Shown: positions 1 to 13,722, counted from the stretch's first letter. The stretch is 64,000 bases of DNA from the human T2T-CHM13v2.0 reference genome, Homo sapiens (GCF_009914755.1 NC_060934.1); one strand, 5' to 3'. Numbers and translations are program-made. Notes: generated by a model from the letters alone, not told the origin.

Positions 1-618
1 TTACAACTCCCTGGAAATTTCATCCTAAAGGGCTTTTTTTTTTTTCTTTTTTTCTGGGTAGCTCTCTCCTCTCCAGGACCTTTTCTGGAAAATTCTAGGC
101 TTTTCAACCTCCATGTACTCTAATCTCTGACAACTCAACTCAGGGACACTGTGACATTCTGCTTGGGTTTCCCCTTCTTATGATACAGTTCTGAAATCCT
201 TCCTGTCAATCATCTGAAGCAACTGAGGCCTCATGCAACTCATTTCCCTTGTCCCAGGTGTCATACTGAGTCAGTAGAAAAATTCCTGAAGAATTCCAGA
301 TACCTCCTAAATGTGGTAGATGATCTATAAGTCATTAATCCTCTGCTATAAAAGAGACCAGGCTTCCATAAACAAACTCCAATAGTTCACAGCCTTTGGA
401 AAACGATTATTATTTACCACTTTAAAGTTACGATTATGTAAATATATCACATCTCATAATAAATGTGCTATTAAATATTTGCTTTTTAACATTAAGGAAT
501 AGGTTACTATTTTTGAGAGCTTTACAGATAATTTTATAATAGGCCTGAAGAGGAATGCCATGTGACTAGGATTCACAAATCCTGTTGTAAGTAAAGCTAC
601 TTCATGCCAGATAGACTG

Positions 619-1472
619 TGAAATGGGAGAGTTCCCTGACCTCCATCACAGAACACGCAACAGGGTGTGGCTCATCTGTTTGGCCACCACACTCTCAAAC
701 CCCTTACAAGAAGGGGAACAGACAGACAGGCAGATGCAGGAGCCGAGGTGCACACTTTTGGGCTCCAGCACCATGGTAGCATCTAGGGATGGGTGTCTGT
801 GACTCCCAAAGCCCCAGTGGATCTGTTACTGTGCTCCTTTAGCTCTGCCATCTGCAAACTTTAAGTGTTAACCAGTTCAGTGCCCTCTTGGTACTCGGGT
901 CCTTGTCTGGCATCCAGGAAAAATCAGGTCACATATGGACTTGAAGGATGGTGAATGCAGGGATTTTACTGAGTGGTGGAGGTGGCTTTGGCGGGATGGA
1001 TGGGGAGCTGGAAAGGGGATGGAGTGGGAAGATGCTCTTCCCCTGGAGTTTGGCCATCCCACAGCCAAACTCCTCTCCAACCATCCCCAGCTGAACTCCT
1101 ATCAACGTTCAGATGCTCTTCCCCTGGAGTTTGACCATCCCACAGCCGAACTCCTCTACAACCATCCTCAGCTGAACTCCTCTCAATGTTCAGATGCTCC
1201 TTCTCTTCTCTCCTGCTCTGCCATGCCACTTTTCTGTTCCTCTGCTCTTTTGCTCATCTCCTTGTCTCCTCATCTGCTGGTAGAGCCTGTTGTTTGGGGT
1301 TTATGTGAGTACAGGATACAGGGGTATGGCGGGCCAAAAAGGCAAAATTTGGGTTCAAAAACAGGAATGCCTGTTTCCATTTAGGGCTGCAGGTTTCCAG
1401 GCTTGAGGATGGGTTATTTGCCAGGCAACCACCCTCTTCTACCCAGTATTTCCTTGCTTCCTGTCTGTATCA
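619..1472 (-). mobile_element. ERV1 solo LTR, LTR27/LTR28 (MER52-related) type
   Basis: TG...CA termini. The minus strand starts TGATACAGACAGGAAGCAAGGAAATACTGGGTAGAAGAGGG and ends CAGGGAACTCTCCCATTTCA. 4-bp TSD ACTG on both sides. Confidence 0.8.
1030..1191. repeat. 81-bp tandem duplication inside the LTR
   Basis: Copies at 1030-1110 and 1111-1191 with 6 mismatches; a third copy begins at 1192. Confidence 0.95.
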
Positions 1473-2729
1473 ACTGCAGTAACTTTTATAATCATATTAA
1501 AACATTTTAATAATAAATACAATTATGGTAATTTAGGGTAAATTATAATGTTTCATACAGAATTCTTTCATGGTTGTGCTTTTGTTTTTGTTTTTGTTTG
1601 TGTTTTATCGACCACTCAAAGTGCTTTTAACCACCTCTCTAGTTATGACTAGCTCAAGGAATTGAACATGTTAGCTCTCATGTAGAAGAAATAACTGTGC
1701 ACAGAATGACTCAATCAGTAGCAAAAAGACTGGCTTGCACAACATCTCTTCTCCATCTCTCTTATCTTGGGATCACACCTAAGAGAGATCAGTTAATTCC
1801 ACCGGGTGAAGAAGGCAGGCTGGAAGGTGCTGTTTTCTAGACATAATTTCCTGGATTGGACAAACGCTGCAGATACAGGTTCTAGGAGGGATGTCAGTCA
1901 AGCAGAGAGAGCTGGGAATCCAGAGCCTAGGAAAACAGACATAAGGCACCCTGTGGCGGGGAAGGGGGATTCTACACAGCTAACAGAAAAGAAGCACATG
2001 TAATTCCAAAGTGGATGCTATTTAGGATCAGGTAAGCAGAGAGAGCTTGCATGCAGGAAAATCTATCACAGCAAGAAACCGGCAAGGACTCTAGGATTCA
2101 GAGCAAGAGAGCCAGTCTCTTGAAACAAGACTAGAAAGAGGAATGCATTCCATATATCTAGAAGGACGATGGTACTACAACAGGGACAAGGCAGAAAACC
2201 TCAGATTTGAGTTGAATCAGCCACAGAAGGATCCATTCAGGGTCTCAGAGTGTCGGGCAAGAACTCCTCCTTCCATCCCCTGTAAAGGTTGATTTGACCT
2301 TTTAGGCTTTTATGAAGCTGAGTCCAGTGGAAGGAGTCCAGAAGCAGAGCTATGGGAAGAAAAAGACAATACTGCATGAGAACCCTGGCAGGAGATGAAA
2401 CCACCAGCCTTCCTGCCATGTGCTCAAATGTCTTATCTTTAGAATAACTTTTAGGGAGTCTTTTAGAGGATCTGTTAATGTGAAATATGCTACCAGAGAG
2501 GTGACATACTAAGCCCCTAAGAGATCAGTCATTAACATGTATTAGTTTACCAGATTAGCCATTAGTTTCAAACAGAGAAAGTAAAGGCCTGAGGGAATAA
2601 AATTCAGACATTTAGATTTAAAGGAGATTTAAAGGGAATAGAGTTCCAGAGCAGGTAATCTAAGACATGTTACAAATCAGGGAGAAAGTTGTCCTTTATG
2701 TTCCTCGTTGTTCATTTCCTTCTAGCCAA

Positions 2730-2925
2730 CATGCCTTGAGAATTTACTATGTGCTAGGCATGTCCAAAGCACTTTAAATAGATTAATTCATGTAACCCTC
2801 CAATCCTATTGGTACATTTTATCATTTTTCCTTTAGAAATGCAAATATTGAGGCTCAAAAAATTTCCCAAGATTACATAGCTGGTAAGTGGCAGAACCAG
2901 GATTCAGTCTGTGTCTGATGGCCCA
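2730..2925 (-). mobile_element. MIR
   Basis: The MIR core (gaggctca...cccaagattacatagctggtaagtggcagaaccaggattc) is present in antisense orientation. Confidence 0.75.
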
Positions 2926-3354
2926 AATATTCGTACAGTAAAAGGTCTTTCAAAGTCCAAGTGGGAGGCGTTGATGTTTTCACTAGGGAAGGTGTCATTG
3001 GCAACAGTGAGATAGAAGTGGAGCAAAAAGAAAGTATCACACAGAACACATCAATAGTCAACCAGTATTTGTTGGGTGCCAGTCATTACCAGAGATTGTG
3101 CTAGGTACTAGGAATACTGTCACTGAGAAACCAGATGTGATCCAGACTTCATGGGGCTCATAGCCTTACAGGGAAAGAACATTCCTACACTACAACCGTA
3201 GTGATTTAACAAACAAACCTACAAGTAAGTATAAACTTTACAAAGGGTTAAAAATAGAGGTACCAGGTGAGGCTACCATCAACAGAGCTAACACTTCTGT
3301 TTTGGTAACTGTCATATTTAAGCAAAAGGAGGGAATTGAAATAATTCTGAAGTA

Positions 3355-3475
3355 CACCCATCTGTAATCTCAGCTACTCAGAGAGCTGAGGCAGGAAGTC
3401 CGCTTGAGGCCAGGAGTTCAAAACTAGCTTAGGCAATATAGCGACACCTCATCTCTCTAAAAAAATATAATAAAA
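3355..3475 (+). mobile_element. Alu monomer (FLAM-like)
   Basis: ctgtaatctcagctactc...gaggccaggagttcaaaactagc, followed by an A-rich tail. Confidence 0.8.
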
Positions 3476-4185
3476 GGTATTCTAAAGGTTAGAGAGAATG
3501 AGGATAGGAAAATCAGGGAGTAGGGCAATTTGCAGGAAGGGGAAAAATGTGCTGAGATGGATTTATGATGGTAAATTCAAGATGAATTTGAGACATCCAA
3601 GAATTATCCACTAAACAACCAAAGATACAGGCCAGGTACCAGAAGCAAGGGAAAGAGATGCTGTTGTGAGCCCTGGAGAACCACTTTGTACACAGCCAAG
3701 CTGCATACAATGCAAGAAGGGTCTCAGAGCTCCCCCAGATTTGATCTTCTGTCTGTGTCCATGTCTAGGGCTGCCCATGTGGTAGTGGTGGGGAAGGAGA
3801 GGTCATGGAGGGTAAAAACCAAAGTTGGTAGCAGCATATGGTATCTGAAACTAAGAATCACTCAAAAATTTCACAATTCTTCTCTTTAAATAACAACAAT
3901 AGCTAAAATTACCTGTGTCTATTGTGCCTGGATACAATCTAGTTTAGTTCTCTTTACAACACCATGAAGAAATCACTGTTATTAGATCCCCAATGTAACA
4001 CCAAGAAAATTTAAGTTCAGGAAAGGTAAGTAACTTCCCTAAGTCCCATCTCTATAAAGGCTGTATCCAGGATTAAAGATTCAAACTCGGGCCTGAGCTT
4101 TAAGGACTACAGATCAAGAGGAGGAGGAATAAAATGACTTTTCCTTTCTTAAATTCCTGGTGTGAAAGGGTAGAATGAAATTCCC

Positions 4186-4490
<305 letters not shown>

Positions 4491-6935
4491 AAAAGAATGA
4501 ATTGTCTTATTTTACCTGGCAAAAGCAAGATGTATGACTTTACACCCCAATGCTACTAGAGGAGAACTTCATTAGTCTGCATCCCTCAGAATCTAAGGTA
4601 TTTTAGATACTTTGTCAGACCCCGATAGTCTGAATTTTGTCTCATCTTCTCAACCTTTCAATTGATTGAGATAATGGGTACTCCCTCTGCGTGTTCAAAC
4701 TAACCTTCCCTTTGTGGTTGCTTCCATAAGAGATTGGAAGATGGGGAGGAAAAATACAGAAGGAGACATAAAAGGATATCTAATACTGGAAAAATCAGCT
4801 TATCAAGAAACGCTCCCAAAATATCCTTGGAAATACTCAGATGTTGTACCAGGATAACCAAATGCAGAAGGAAGAGCTGTCTCTTTTCTTAGCACTAGCT
4901 AGAAGCGGAGAGTAACCATGGGGAAATTACCTAAGCTCTTTAATCTCTGTTCTTCCATCTATGTAAAAAGGCTACCCTGAAAGTCACCCTGTGGAGCTCT
5001 TGTAAGGATTTGATGAGATAATGCTTATGTGTTCTCCGTACGGTGTGTGGTGCTGAACAAGGCCTCATTAAATGTGTGTGTGTTTAAAAATAAGAGAAAA
5101 AATAGACTTAGTTGTGTAATGTGAATATGCAGACATCTAGGAAGATCTCTTTCTATCCGAAATATTGATGTCACTGTTTCTCTTTAAGGCCTTTTCTATT
5201 TGGTCATGCTTAACGTAATAGTATCTAAAAGCTACTTAGTATTTTCTATGCAAACATGCCATTGCAGAATTGAGTAATAAAAGTTGCACCTTTGAAAACA
5301 ATATGAAACATTTAAGCACCAATGTCCTAGTAGCCTCATCTAGCTTTGTAATTCGTTATCATGCAACATCAATGTTTCCATTGTCACTCTGCTGTTTCAG
5401 ATAACAATGCCGTCTGGACACTTGCCTGCTGGCCATTTAAGAGATTAGGAGCTTTTTTTTCCCTCCTTAGTCTACCACTGTGTTCATTCCCAGCTATACA
5501 GTTACCATTTGTAAATCAGTGAAGCAAGAAATTAAGGACACACTAGCAGCCCTGCCTGTGGAATACCAATAAAGACAAAGGTGTAGAGTTGCTTTGCTGC
5601 CTTATTGCTGCCTACCATACACCCAACTAAAACATCACTCCTCCAAATGAGCACAGTTATCTCAGTCACCAGGAGGAATAAATGAGGCACAGTGATAACC
5701 AGATTAGGATACAATGAAATAAATTTTCTGGATTTTATAGTATGAAAATGAAAACCTGTTTATTTTCTAATGCTTTGTTTTCATGTTTTTGTGGTTTGAT
5801 TCTTAGGTTAATTTAGATTTTAATTCTATGCTGTCTGGGGTGGTTCCCTAGCTTTGCTTTGAAGTGCAAATTGTTCTGCACAAATGACACCTGATAATTA
5901 GGAAACAAGGGGGTAAGAAAGTTGTTGAAATACAACTGAGCGATTCTCTTTGTATGGAAGAATCAAAATCTACCTTCCTGGTTAGTTACACTCTCCTGCA
6001 GATGCTCTGATGAACTGTCTCATCAGTAAGAAGCCACCAGCATGTCTGTATCCTGCCAGTATATTGTGTACAACATATATTCTTCCCTCTTAAAAATCCA
6101 GGGCACGCAAAAGAAACAGATTCATACGTAACAACATTTGGGAAATGACACAAAATCCTCAAACTCCAAATAGTTTCCTAGGTCATTGGACCATTCTTCC
6201 AAGTGTTCTGGCAGCAGAAAATACTAGTCCATTGACATGTAAGATTTTTTGTGTTGGGAAATTACCCTAACAGACATTATGATGTAATAGAATGCTACAA
6301 TAATGAAAACTGCATGGCTGTAGCAAAGTAATCAGCAGACAGAATGAACAGCCCTGAAATTTATTTGAAAATAGAATGTACATAGGGAAGGGATGCATTT
6401 ATTTCATAAATTATATGGGAAATTGGCTAATTACTTGAAACAATAAACAAGAGCTTCAGCTTATAACATGCCCCAATTAAATTCCAAATGAGGAACTAAA
6501 CATAATAAAGGAAGCCGGTAGAAAACTAGAAGAAAATGTGAAATAAATAATTAGTTTAGTGGGGTAAGGACTTTCTGATATAAACATAATGGAAGACACT
6601 ATAAATGTTTAAATGATGACAGGTTTACATAAACCAGTATCCACTAAAAGAAACTAGGACTCTTTGGAAAAATGGCAGATTCGAGGGCTGGGGTAAGAAA
6701 GTACAAGATGGGTCTAGAACATCTCATTGTGCCAGAAAATAAGAGCTTAAAGAATATGAAGATACGTCCAAATGATATAGGAACTTCCACTGGCCAAGTC
6801 TGGGATTATTTGAACATAAATATAAATGATAATAATAGATTATACCCTATCGAATCAATTAGGTATCCATGAGTCTATATTGATATAAATTAATAATGAA
6901 TAATTAAAATTTTGAGGGAAAGTAGGATAATGTAG

Positions 6936-7613
6936 TGATATAGGAGTTAAGAAGAAATTATTTAGGCAGATAGTGAGGGTAAGACAGCCCACAGTACTGC
7001 TTTCTTTTTAATAAAAAGCAGCCTCCAAATCATTTCTTTTCTATCAAAAAAAAGCAGCCTGCAAAATAGAGCTGCAAGCATAGATAAGCAAGCTCGAAGC
7101 TTGCACAGGTGAATGCTGGCAGCTGTGCGAACAGGGAAAGTCTACCTGGGGGCCAGGCATGTGTAACATGGCGGCTCCATCTTCCCTTTCTTTCGTCAAC
7201 CACGTGTACAATAAGGAACAGACAACATGGCCCTGGACAGGTAGAGAACTGATCTGCAAAATAAAAGATTAGGGTGGGGTGGCCAGCTTCTTCACGTGCT
7301 ATGTAAATGGCACATCTGGTCCAACCAATCTTTGGACCCTGTGTAAATCAGACACAGCCTCCTCAAGCTAGTCTATAAAACCTCCACCCTTCCCTCTCCC
7401 GCAAGCGATTCTGTTTTTCTTTCAGCTATTAAACCTCTACTCTTTTTCTTTTTCTTTTTTTTTTGAGACGGAATCTTGCTCTGTTGCCCAGGCTGGAGTG
7501 CAGTGGCTCCTCTCTTAAACTCACTTCTTGTGTGTCTGAGTCCTCGATTTCCCTGGCCTGAGATGACAAACCTGGGGTATTTACCCCAGATAAAGACGAA
7601 TGATGCTGCTTCA
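6936..7613 (+). mobile_element. ERV1 solo LTR, LTR9/MER61-like, containing a short antisense Alu 3' fragment (~7442-7508)
   Basis: Starts TGATATAGGAGTTAAGAAGAAATTATTTAGGCAGATAGTGAGGG and ends GCTGCTTCA. 4-bp TSD GTAG. Confidence 0.8.
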
Positions 7614-7653
7614 GTAGGATAACACAGCTTCAAAATCCTTCCCTTCAAAACAC

Positions 7654-8410
7654 CGTTACTGAACCAAACTTAAGTCTGCCCACCCAATGAAACAAAGCCA
7701 AACGCTAATATCAGGATTTGCAGCAAGAGAAAAGTGAGGCATTTATTGCAGGGCTCTCATGCTTAAGACCTGAACTCCCCAATGAGTTACATGTAAGGGT
7801 TTTTAAAGGCAGTGAGGCAGGGGTTCCAGGCAAACTCATAAATCTATACATGGAGGTTATATATTGATTCGACTTAAAAAAAAAGAAAAACGGACATTTT
7901 GAAGCGGGGGCCTACAGGTCCTGGGTGGATTCAAAGATTTTCTGACTTGTGATTGGTTAAGGACAAAAAGATTTGTCTAAAAATTTGAGGTCAGCAGAAA
8001 ATAATGTTAGCTGTGGCCCGTGGGTTTTACCCCCTCCAGGCCCCTCAGGAAGAAATTTAGAAGAAAGAATGGTGGTCACAGTTCAATCCTCGGTTCCCTC
8101 TATGTGCCAGTGGATGGCATTTTCCATCTCATGGGAAATGGGGTTTCTGAAAAACAACTCGGGGATATATGTTAAGCTGTTATCTTTTGTTTCTATAGGA
8201 AACCAAACATCTTGTGACTCTAACTTCCTTGTCTGTTGTTTTAAGCTACTATTACCTTCTTGCTTATCAAATTGCTCATTTACTTCTCCAGGCTAGCTAG
8301 GTGCCTGGAATTTCCTTTGAAATAACTCAAGATTTCCCTTTCTTTCCATGCTTGTGGGGGATGGGGCGTTGGGCTGGCGGGCCCCTGAGAGGCATCACTC
8401 CTCCATCTCA
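7654..8410 (-). mobile_element. ERV1 (MER4-group) solo LTR, LTR39-like
   Basis: Minus-strand start TGAGATGGAG...CTCTCAGGGGCC, MER4-group body, and a minus-strand AATAAA near 7745. Flanks ACAC/ATAC. Confidence 0.6.
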
Positions 8411-9579
8411 ATACTATACTCACTAAAGACAAAAGGGAAAAGATAAACTTTACAGTGAAGGATCCTGACAGATATCACCTTAATCAAATGTTTAATGTGC
8501 CAATCACTAGTAATAGGACAAATCTAGGTAGTGTTCTGCCTGGTAAGAGATGATGAGAAGACTAGAGCCTGCCCTCTGTGATATCCCTGACAAAGGTGCA
8601 TAACCTGAATTTAATCATGAGGAAACCTCAAAGAAACTCATGAAGGACATCCCAAAAAATAATTGATGTGTAATCTTCAAAAGTACCAAGGCTGTGAAAA
8701 TCAAGGAAATACTGAGGAACTGCTCTAGATTTGTGGACACCAAAGAGACGTGACAATAATATGTAATGCGATTCTCAATTAATCATTTTACTAAAATACA
8801 TTGTTGGGACTACTGGTGAAACTGGAATGGGGTCCAAAGATTAGATAACGATGATGTAGCATGTTAACTTCCACCAATTTTCCATGGTGGTATTGTAATT
8901 ATGTAGAAGAATATCTTTGTTTATAGGAGATGCACTAAAGCATTCAGAGGTGGCGAGGCCTCCTGTAGGCAGCTTAGTCTCAAATGTTTCATGAATAAAA
9001 ACATTCTTGCAATTCTTTATAAGTTTGAGATTGTTTCAAAATAATAATAACCTTAACCAAAGAACAAGTGTATCTGTTCCAAATTCTCTTTTCCCTTCTG
9101 CTAGTTAGGTACATCTAAATATTGTGTTTGTATCATAATATATTTTTGGTATATCTGTTACCACAGTTTAATCTTCCCTTGCACAAATTTAAATGTCAAG
9201 CAACAGGGAAATTATTATGCCATAGCCATATCCTAGAATATTATAAATATTTTTAAGTGTTTTTGTTTTGACAAATAGGTAACAACATGGGAAGATTCTC
9301 TTGGTGTTCTATTGTTTTAAAATGAGAGTAAAGTAAAATAGTATTTAAAAAATTAATGTGATTCTGAAAATACTTTTACAACCTAAAAGGAAATATGCAC
9401 TTCAACCAAGGTTATATCTTGGTAGTGTGAATATAGGTGATTCATTTTCATTTTTGTTTTGGCATTATGTCTCAATTTCCTATAATGACCATTCATTTGT
9501 AAAAAAAACATTGAAATTGCAATAGCAATTAATATAAAGTGATATGAAGAGGAATAAGAAAAAACTGTTGATTAAAGAA

Positions 9580-10179
9580 TGAAAGAGCACAGGGAACTTC
9601 ACCTGAAAATATGGTATATGGTATACTGAGTGTTTTGAATTAAAGATCAGACAGACCCACCAAGAACAATGGGGAACAATCCATCTCAACCCCCACACCC
9701 CCAAATCCTCTCCCTATCCCAAAGCACAGATAAAGTTGTCTTATCTACCTAAAATCTAGACCTAACAGAGAAGAAAACAATAACCTCAGGTCCTTTCTCT
9801 TAAGTTTTCATTTGCTGAACCCATATCACAGGAAGGAAGACTAAAGTCTGACAACAAACCTGGATAAATTTTTGTCACAACCTTTATCTGCTCTGAGGGC
9901 CCAACAGACTTTGCCCTAAACCATTGTATGTTCTTCAAGCCCACTGAATTCCCCTAAAAATTATTTACTATCTCCATAAAATGATCCACACTTTTCCCTA
10001 AGAAGTAGGGTATGTAAGAGGCTGTATCCCACGGGGACATTAGGCAGTCACTCTGTGATTCTCCCTGTGTACATGGTAGTAATAAATCTGCATGCCTTTT
10101 CTCTTATTAATCTTCTTGTTAGTTGATTTTTCAGCAAACCTTCCAAGAGCAAAGGGGACACTTTCCCTTCACCCCTGCA
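9580..10179 (+). mobile_element. ERV1 LTR, MER34/MER39-like
   Basis: The 3' end aataaatctgcatgccttttctcttattaatc...tttcagcaaaccttc...tttcccttcacccctgca is typical of the MER34 family. Confidence 0.7.
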
Positions 10180-10589
10180 GAGGACGTCTCTGAGGAAGTG
10201 AAACATTGGTGGATATATGATAGAAATCATCATGGTAAAGAAAGTATTACAGTAAGACTGAAAACCAACCATTTTGCCCAAGGGACAGACCCTCAGCTGT
10301 GACTCTGCACCTGATCTCTGTGGCTTTGCTGAAATGTAGCTTTAACCCTGGAGTACCCTAAAGGTGAGCACCAGCGCGATGGAGAGGTGAGAGCACAGAC
10401 TTTGGCTGTTGGCCTCAGTTTCTTCCTCTGCAGTTTGGTGTGAAGCTCAGAGATGGTGCATGGAGCCCCCAGAGATAGTAGCTGGCACCTGGAGACCCAT
10501 GCCCTGCTTGGGCCACACCTCTGCTGGTGCAGGGAAACCTGGGCAACCCGAGGTGGACAGACCAGTTCTACTGGAAGCTGGTCCCCATC

Positions 10590-10724
10590 ACCTGTACTTT
10601 TCCCACAAAAGACTCCCTTCCTTATCCCCTTCCTCACTCACCCACAAAAGAACCCTTTCCTTATCCATGACCTGTACTTTACCCACAAGAAACCCCCTTC
10701 CTTACCCACTCCCTTCCTTACTCA
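10590..10724. repeat. ~40-bp degenerate tandem repeat (about 3 units)
   Basis: cccacaa..ga....ttcctta recurs at about 10602, 10641 and 10682; acctgtacttt occurs at 10590 and 10670. Confidence 0.7.
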
Positions 10725-11239
10725 ATCTGGCAGGGCTCAGAGTGCAATAAAGAAGGGTCAGTAATCCACAAATCCAAATATTCAGTTTCCTGGCAGACGT
10801 AGAATCATTCATATTCTTGAATCAAAAGGATCTGTTCACGATTAGAAAAAAAAATTCATCTAACTGCGTTTTTCATTAATAGAAACTGCATATAGAAATC
10901 CTCTAGAACAACATCATACACCATGGAGTTGACAATTCATCATGCTCTATTCTAGGCTCGGCTTCAGCATATTTGAAATCAGCTAGGAGGCTTCTGTTGA
11001 TACAAAATACAGTATTTGTAGACTGATCTAGTCCTGCGGCAGGTGGTAAAGAAGTATGAACTGAAACTGCCATATGGCGGTGTGAAGGAAATGTTTCTCT
11101 CCAGAGAAATACTTGAAAGTGTCATAAAAACAGTAAAAACATTTAACAGCTCAAAAGGCTTAAATTCAGTATGTACAGAAACTGTGTCAACTTTGGAGTC
11201 AGGCTGCTTTCATTAAAATCTCAGCAGATAGATGATAAC

Positions 11240-11652
11240 TTTCACTCGCGTCCATGTGAAGAGACCACTAAACAGGCTTTGTGTGAGCAATAAAGCTTTT
11301 AATCACCTGGGTGTGGGTGGGGTGAGTCCGAAAAGAGAGTCAACGAAGGGAGATAGGGGTGGGTCCGTTTTATAAGATTTGGGTAGGTAAAGGAAAATTA
11401 TAGTCAAAGGGGGGGTTGTTCTCTGGCGGGCAGGAGTAGGGGTCACAAGATGCTCAGTAGGGGAGCTTTTGAGCCAGGATGAGCCAGGAGAAGGAATTTC
11501 ACAAGATAATGTCATCAGTTAAGGCAGGAACAGGCCATTTTCACTTCGTTTGTGGTGGAATGTCATCAGTTAAGGCAGGAACCGGCCATCTGGATGTGTA
11601 TGTGCAGGTCACAGGGGATATGATGGCTTAGCTTGGGCTCAGAGGCCTGACA
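11240..11652 (-). mobile_element. HERV-H solo LTR7, inserted into a MIR
   Basis: The minus strand reads TGTCAGGCCTCTGAGCCCAAGCTAAGCCATCATATCCCCTGTGACCTGCAC...CTCTTCACATGGACGCGAGTGAAA (413 bp). 5-bp TSD ATAAC/ATACC, with MIR halves on either side. Confidence 0.95.
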
Positions 11653-11984
11653 ATACCCAGGCAGATAAGTAATGTGACTTTGTGCAAGTGACTTAAACTC
11701 TGGAGCTTTGGTTTCCTCATAGAAAAGAGGGAATAGACCCTTGGGATTATAGTGAAAATGAAAAGAAATAGTGTATATACAGCAACTAGCCTAGTCTCTG
11801 GTCTATGTGGAAAACGCTTGATAAGATTATCATTGTCATGATTGTTTTTATATTATGAATACATTTGTTGTGTTACATATAATTCACGTCTACCTTCTGT
11901 GAAAGTATGTATAGGCATACAGATGGAGATGGTAAGAGAAAAGAGGAAGAGAAAGAATCAGAAAAATATACGCCTGATTCACCC

Positions 11985-12860
11985 TCCCAATCCTGCTACT
12001 CAAACCTTTTATTCTATGCCCAGTCTTCCCCATCTCCATAAATGGAATACCATCCACCCAGTTGCTCAAGCCAAATATTTCAGAGTCAATGTAAATATTT
12101 CCCTTTCCCTTACTGGCTGGCCACTGTCTATCTAATTTCAGTCATTATAATCTCATCATCATCTCTCCCTGGATTTTATATTTTTATTTAGCTTCGTCTT
12201 CCTAAATCTTCTCCCTGCTTTCATTCAGAGTCCCCTCTAACCACACAAAACCAGAACTTCCTTCTTAAAATAGAAATTAGATCACATCTCTCTTCCCAAC
12301 TGGAAACCCTTCGGTGACTTCTCATTGTACTTCAAGTAAGATGCAAACACCTTTCCAGGGCCTCCAAACCCCTGCACAATTGGGTTCCCAATACTCCCTA
12401 ACACCACCTCCTACACCCTCCCTGACTATATTTCAGTCCCTTGAACAAGCCAAGCTCCTTTCCACCTCACAGCCTGTGCACAAATTGTTCTCTCTGCCTG
12501 GAACACTCTTCCATTTTGGCATAAATGTCTGATTCCTTTCTGACCTTCAAGCCAGAATTTCAAGGTCAATTGCTCAGAGAGGCCTTCCCAGTACACCAAT
12601 TGAAGCAGATGACCTCCTCACCTCAGTCATTCTCTAGATCCACATTGTGTCTTAACAGCACATAAAATAACTTGTATTTTATTAGTTTTTCATTTTTTTC
12701 GTGTGTCTGTCTCTCCCAAAGGTTGTAAATAACTTGAAGGCTGGGGCCATATCTGTCTTTTCCATTTTTTCACTTGCAGTGCTCAATACGATGCACTGTG
12801 CTGGGCATAGAGAAGATGTTCAGTAAATATTTGATGTAAGAAATTGGGGAATTGAATAAA
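11985..12860 (+). mobile_element. L2 3' region
   Basis: L2 hallmarks (catccacccagttgctcaagccaaa; ctctgcctggaacactctt; cagagaggccttcc), ending in cagtaaatatttg...gaataaa. Confidence 0.8.
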
Positions 12861-13330
12861 ACAATCTTGTAAATTTCCATCGTTAAAATGCCCTAGATGT
12901 ATAATAATTTATTTTCACTCATTACTGAAAAGTCAGAGATGAAAAAAGACAACACATTTTTATATGTTTATATGTATGCTTAAAGGGTTAGAAGTATTTG
13001 ATCTTTTATGGATCAATTGTTGAAGAATTATCTGTTGCCTAGAAAGAGGTCATGTGAAAGAGGCAAATGTAAATGCAGGAATTTTGCTCATTGCAGTTAA
13101 TTGACACTTTCAGGGCCAATGGATCACATGAGTCACTTTTTAAAAATCTTTCTCCTATTTTAGAGGATACAGTGGTTTGAAACCAACATTACAGCAGCAT
13201 GTTTCATAGGACTTGTTCTTTATTGATCATGGGCAAAGATTAATTTCAAGCATGTAATTGTCATCTGAGGGCCTGATTTCTCATGGGCCCCAGCTGCTTT
13301 TTTTCTGTATAATTTAGATTAGAAGTTGAC

Positions 13331-13702
13331 TGCAGTGAATGCCATGCTGTATCTCTCAGATCCCCCTCTTTGGAACTGAGGCCCTCAACCCCCAGCAGCT
13401 AGAGCACTGTTGAAGAGAGCTAAGGTCTTGTCCCAGCTCAGGGGATGGTCCTTATTCAAGAGCTGCCCTGGGCATGTTGGGGGTGGAGGAAATCCAGCCT
13501 CTTGCATAAGGTGACAGCACAAATCCAAAGGGCCATTCCAGCTCCGGAGATCTGTTGGACAATTAAGGCCTATGTTGCATTTACATTGACTGCATTGGGT
13601 TCAGCTCCTGCCTCTATCCAATCCTACTTTCTTTACTTCCCTACAGATGTTGTTCCCAAGATCACTCCCAGTAATATTCCTGCAGCCAGATCTCCATCTT
13701 AA
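13331..13702 (+). mobile_element. ERVL LTR (LTR16-like)
   Basis: ggccattccagctcc.gag..., cctctatccaatcctactttc...gttgttcccaagatcactccc...atctccatct resembles LTR16. Confidence 0.55.
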
Positions 13703-13722
13703 GGTGGAAAAGATAATGTCTC

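Larger units (their letters stand above)
6630..9050 (+). mobile_element. Old L1 3' region (L1MC/L1MD-like), interrupted by two LTRs
   Basis: L1M 3'UTR-like sequence at ~6630-6935 and 8411-9050 (actttacagtgaag...aacctgaatttaatcatgaggaaac...). Confidence 0.65.
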
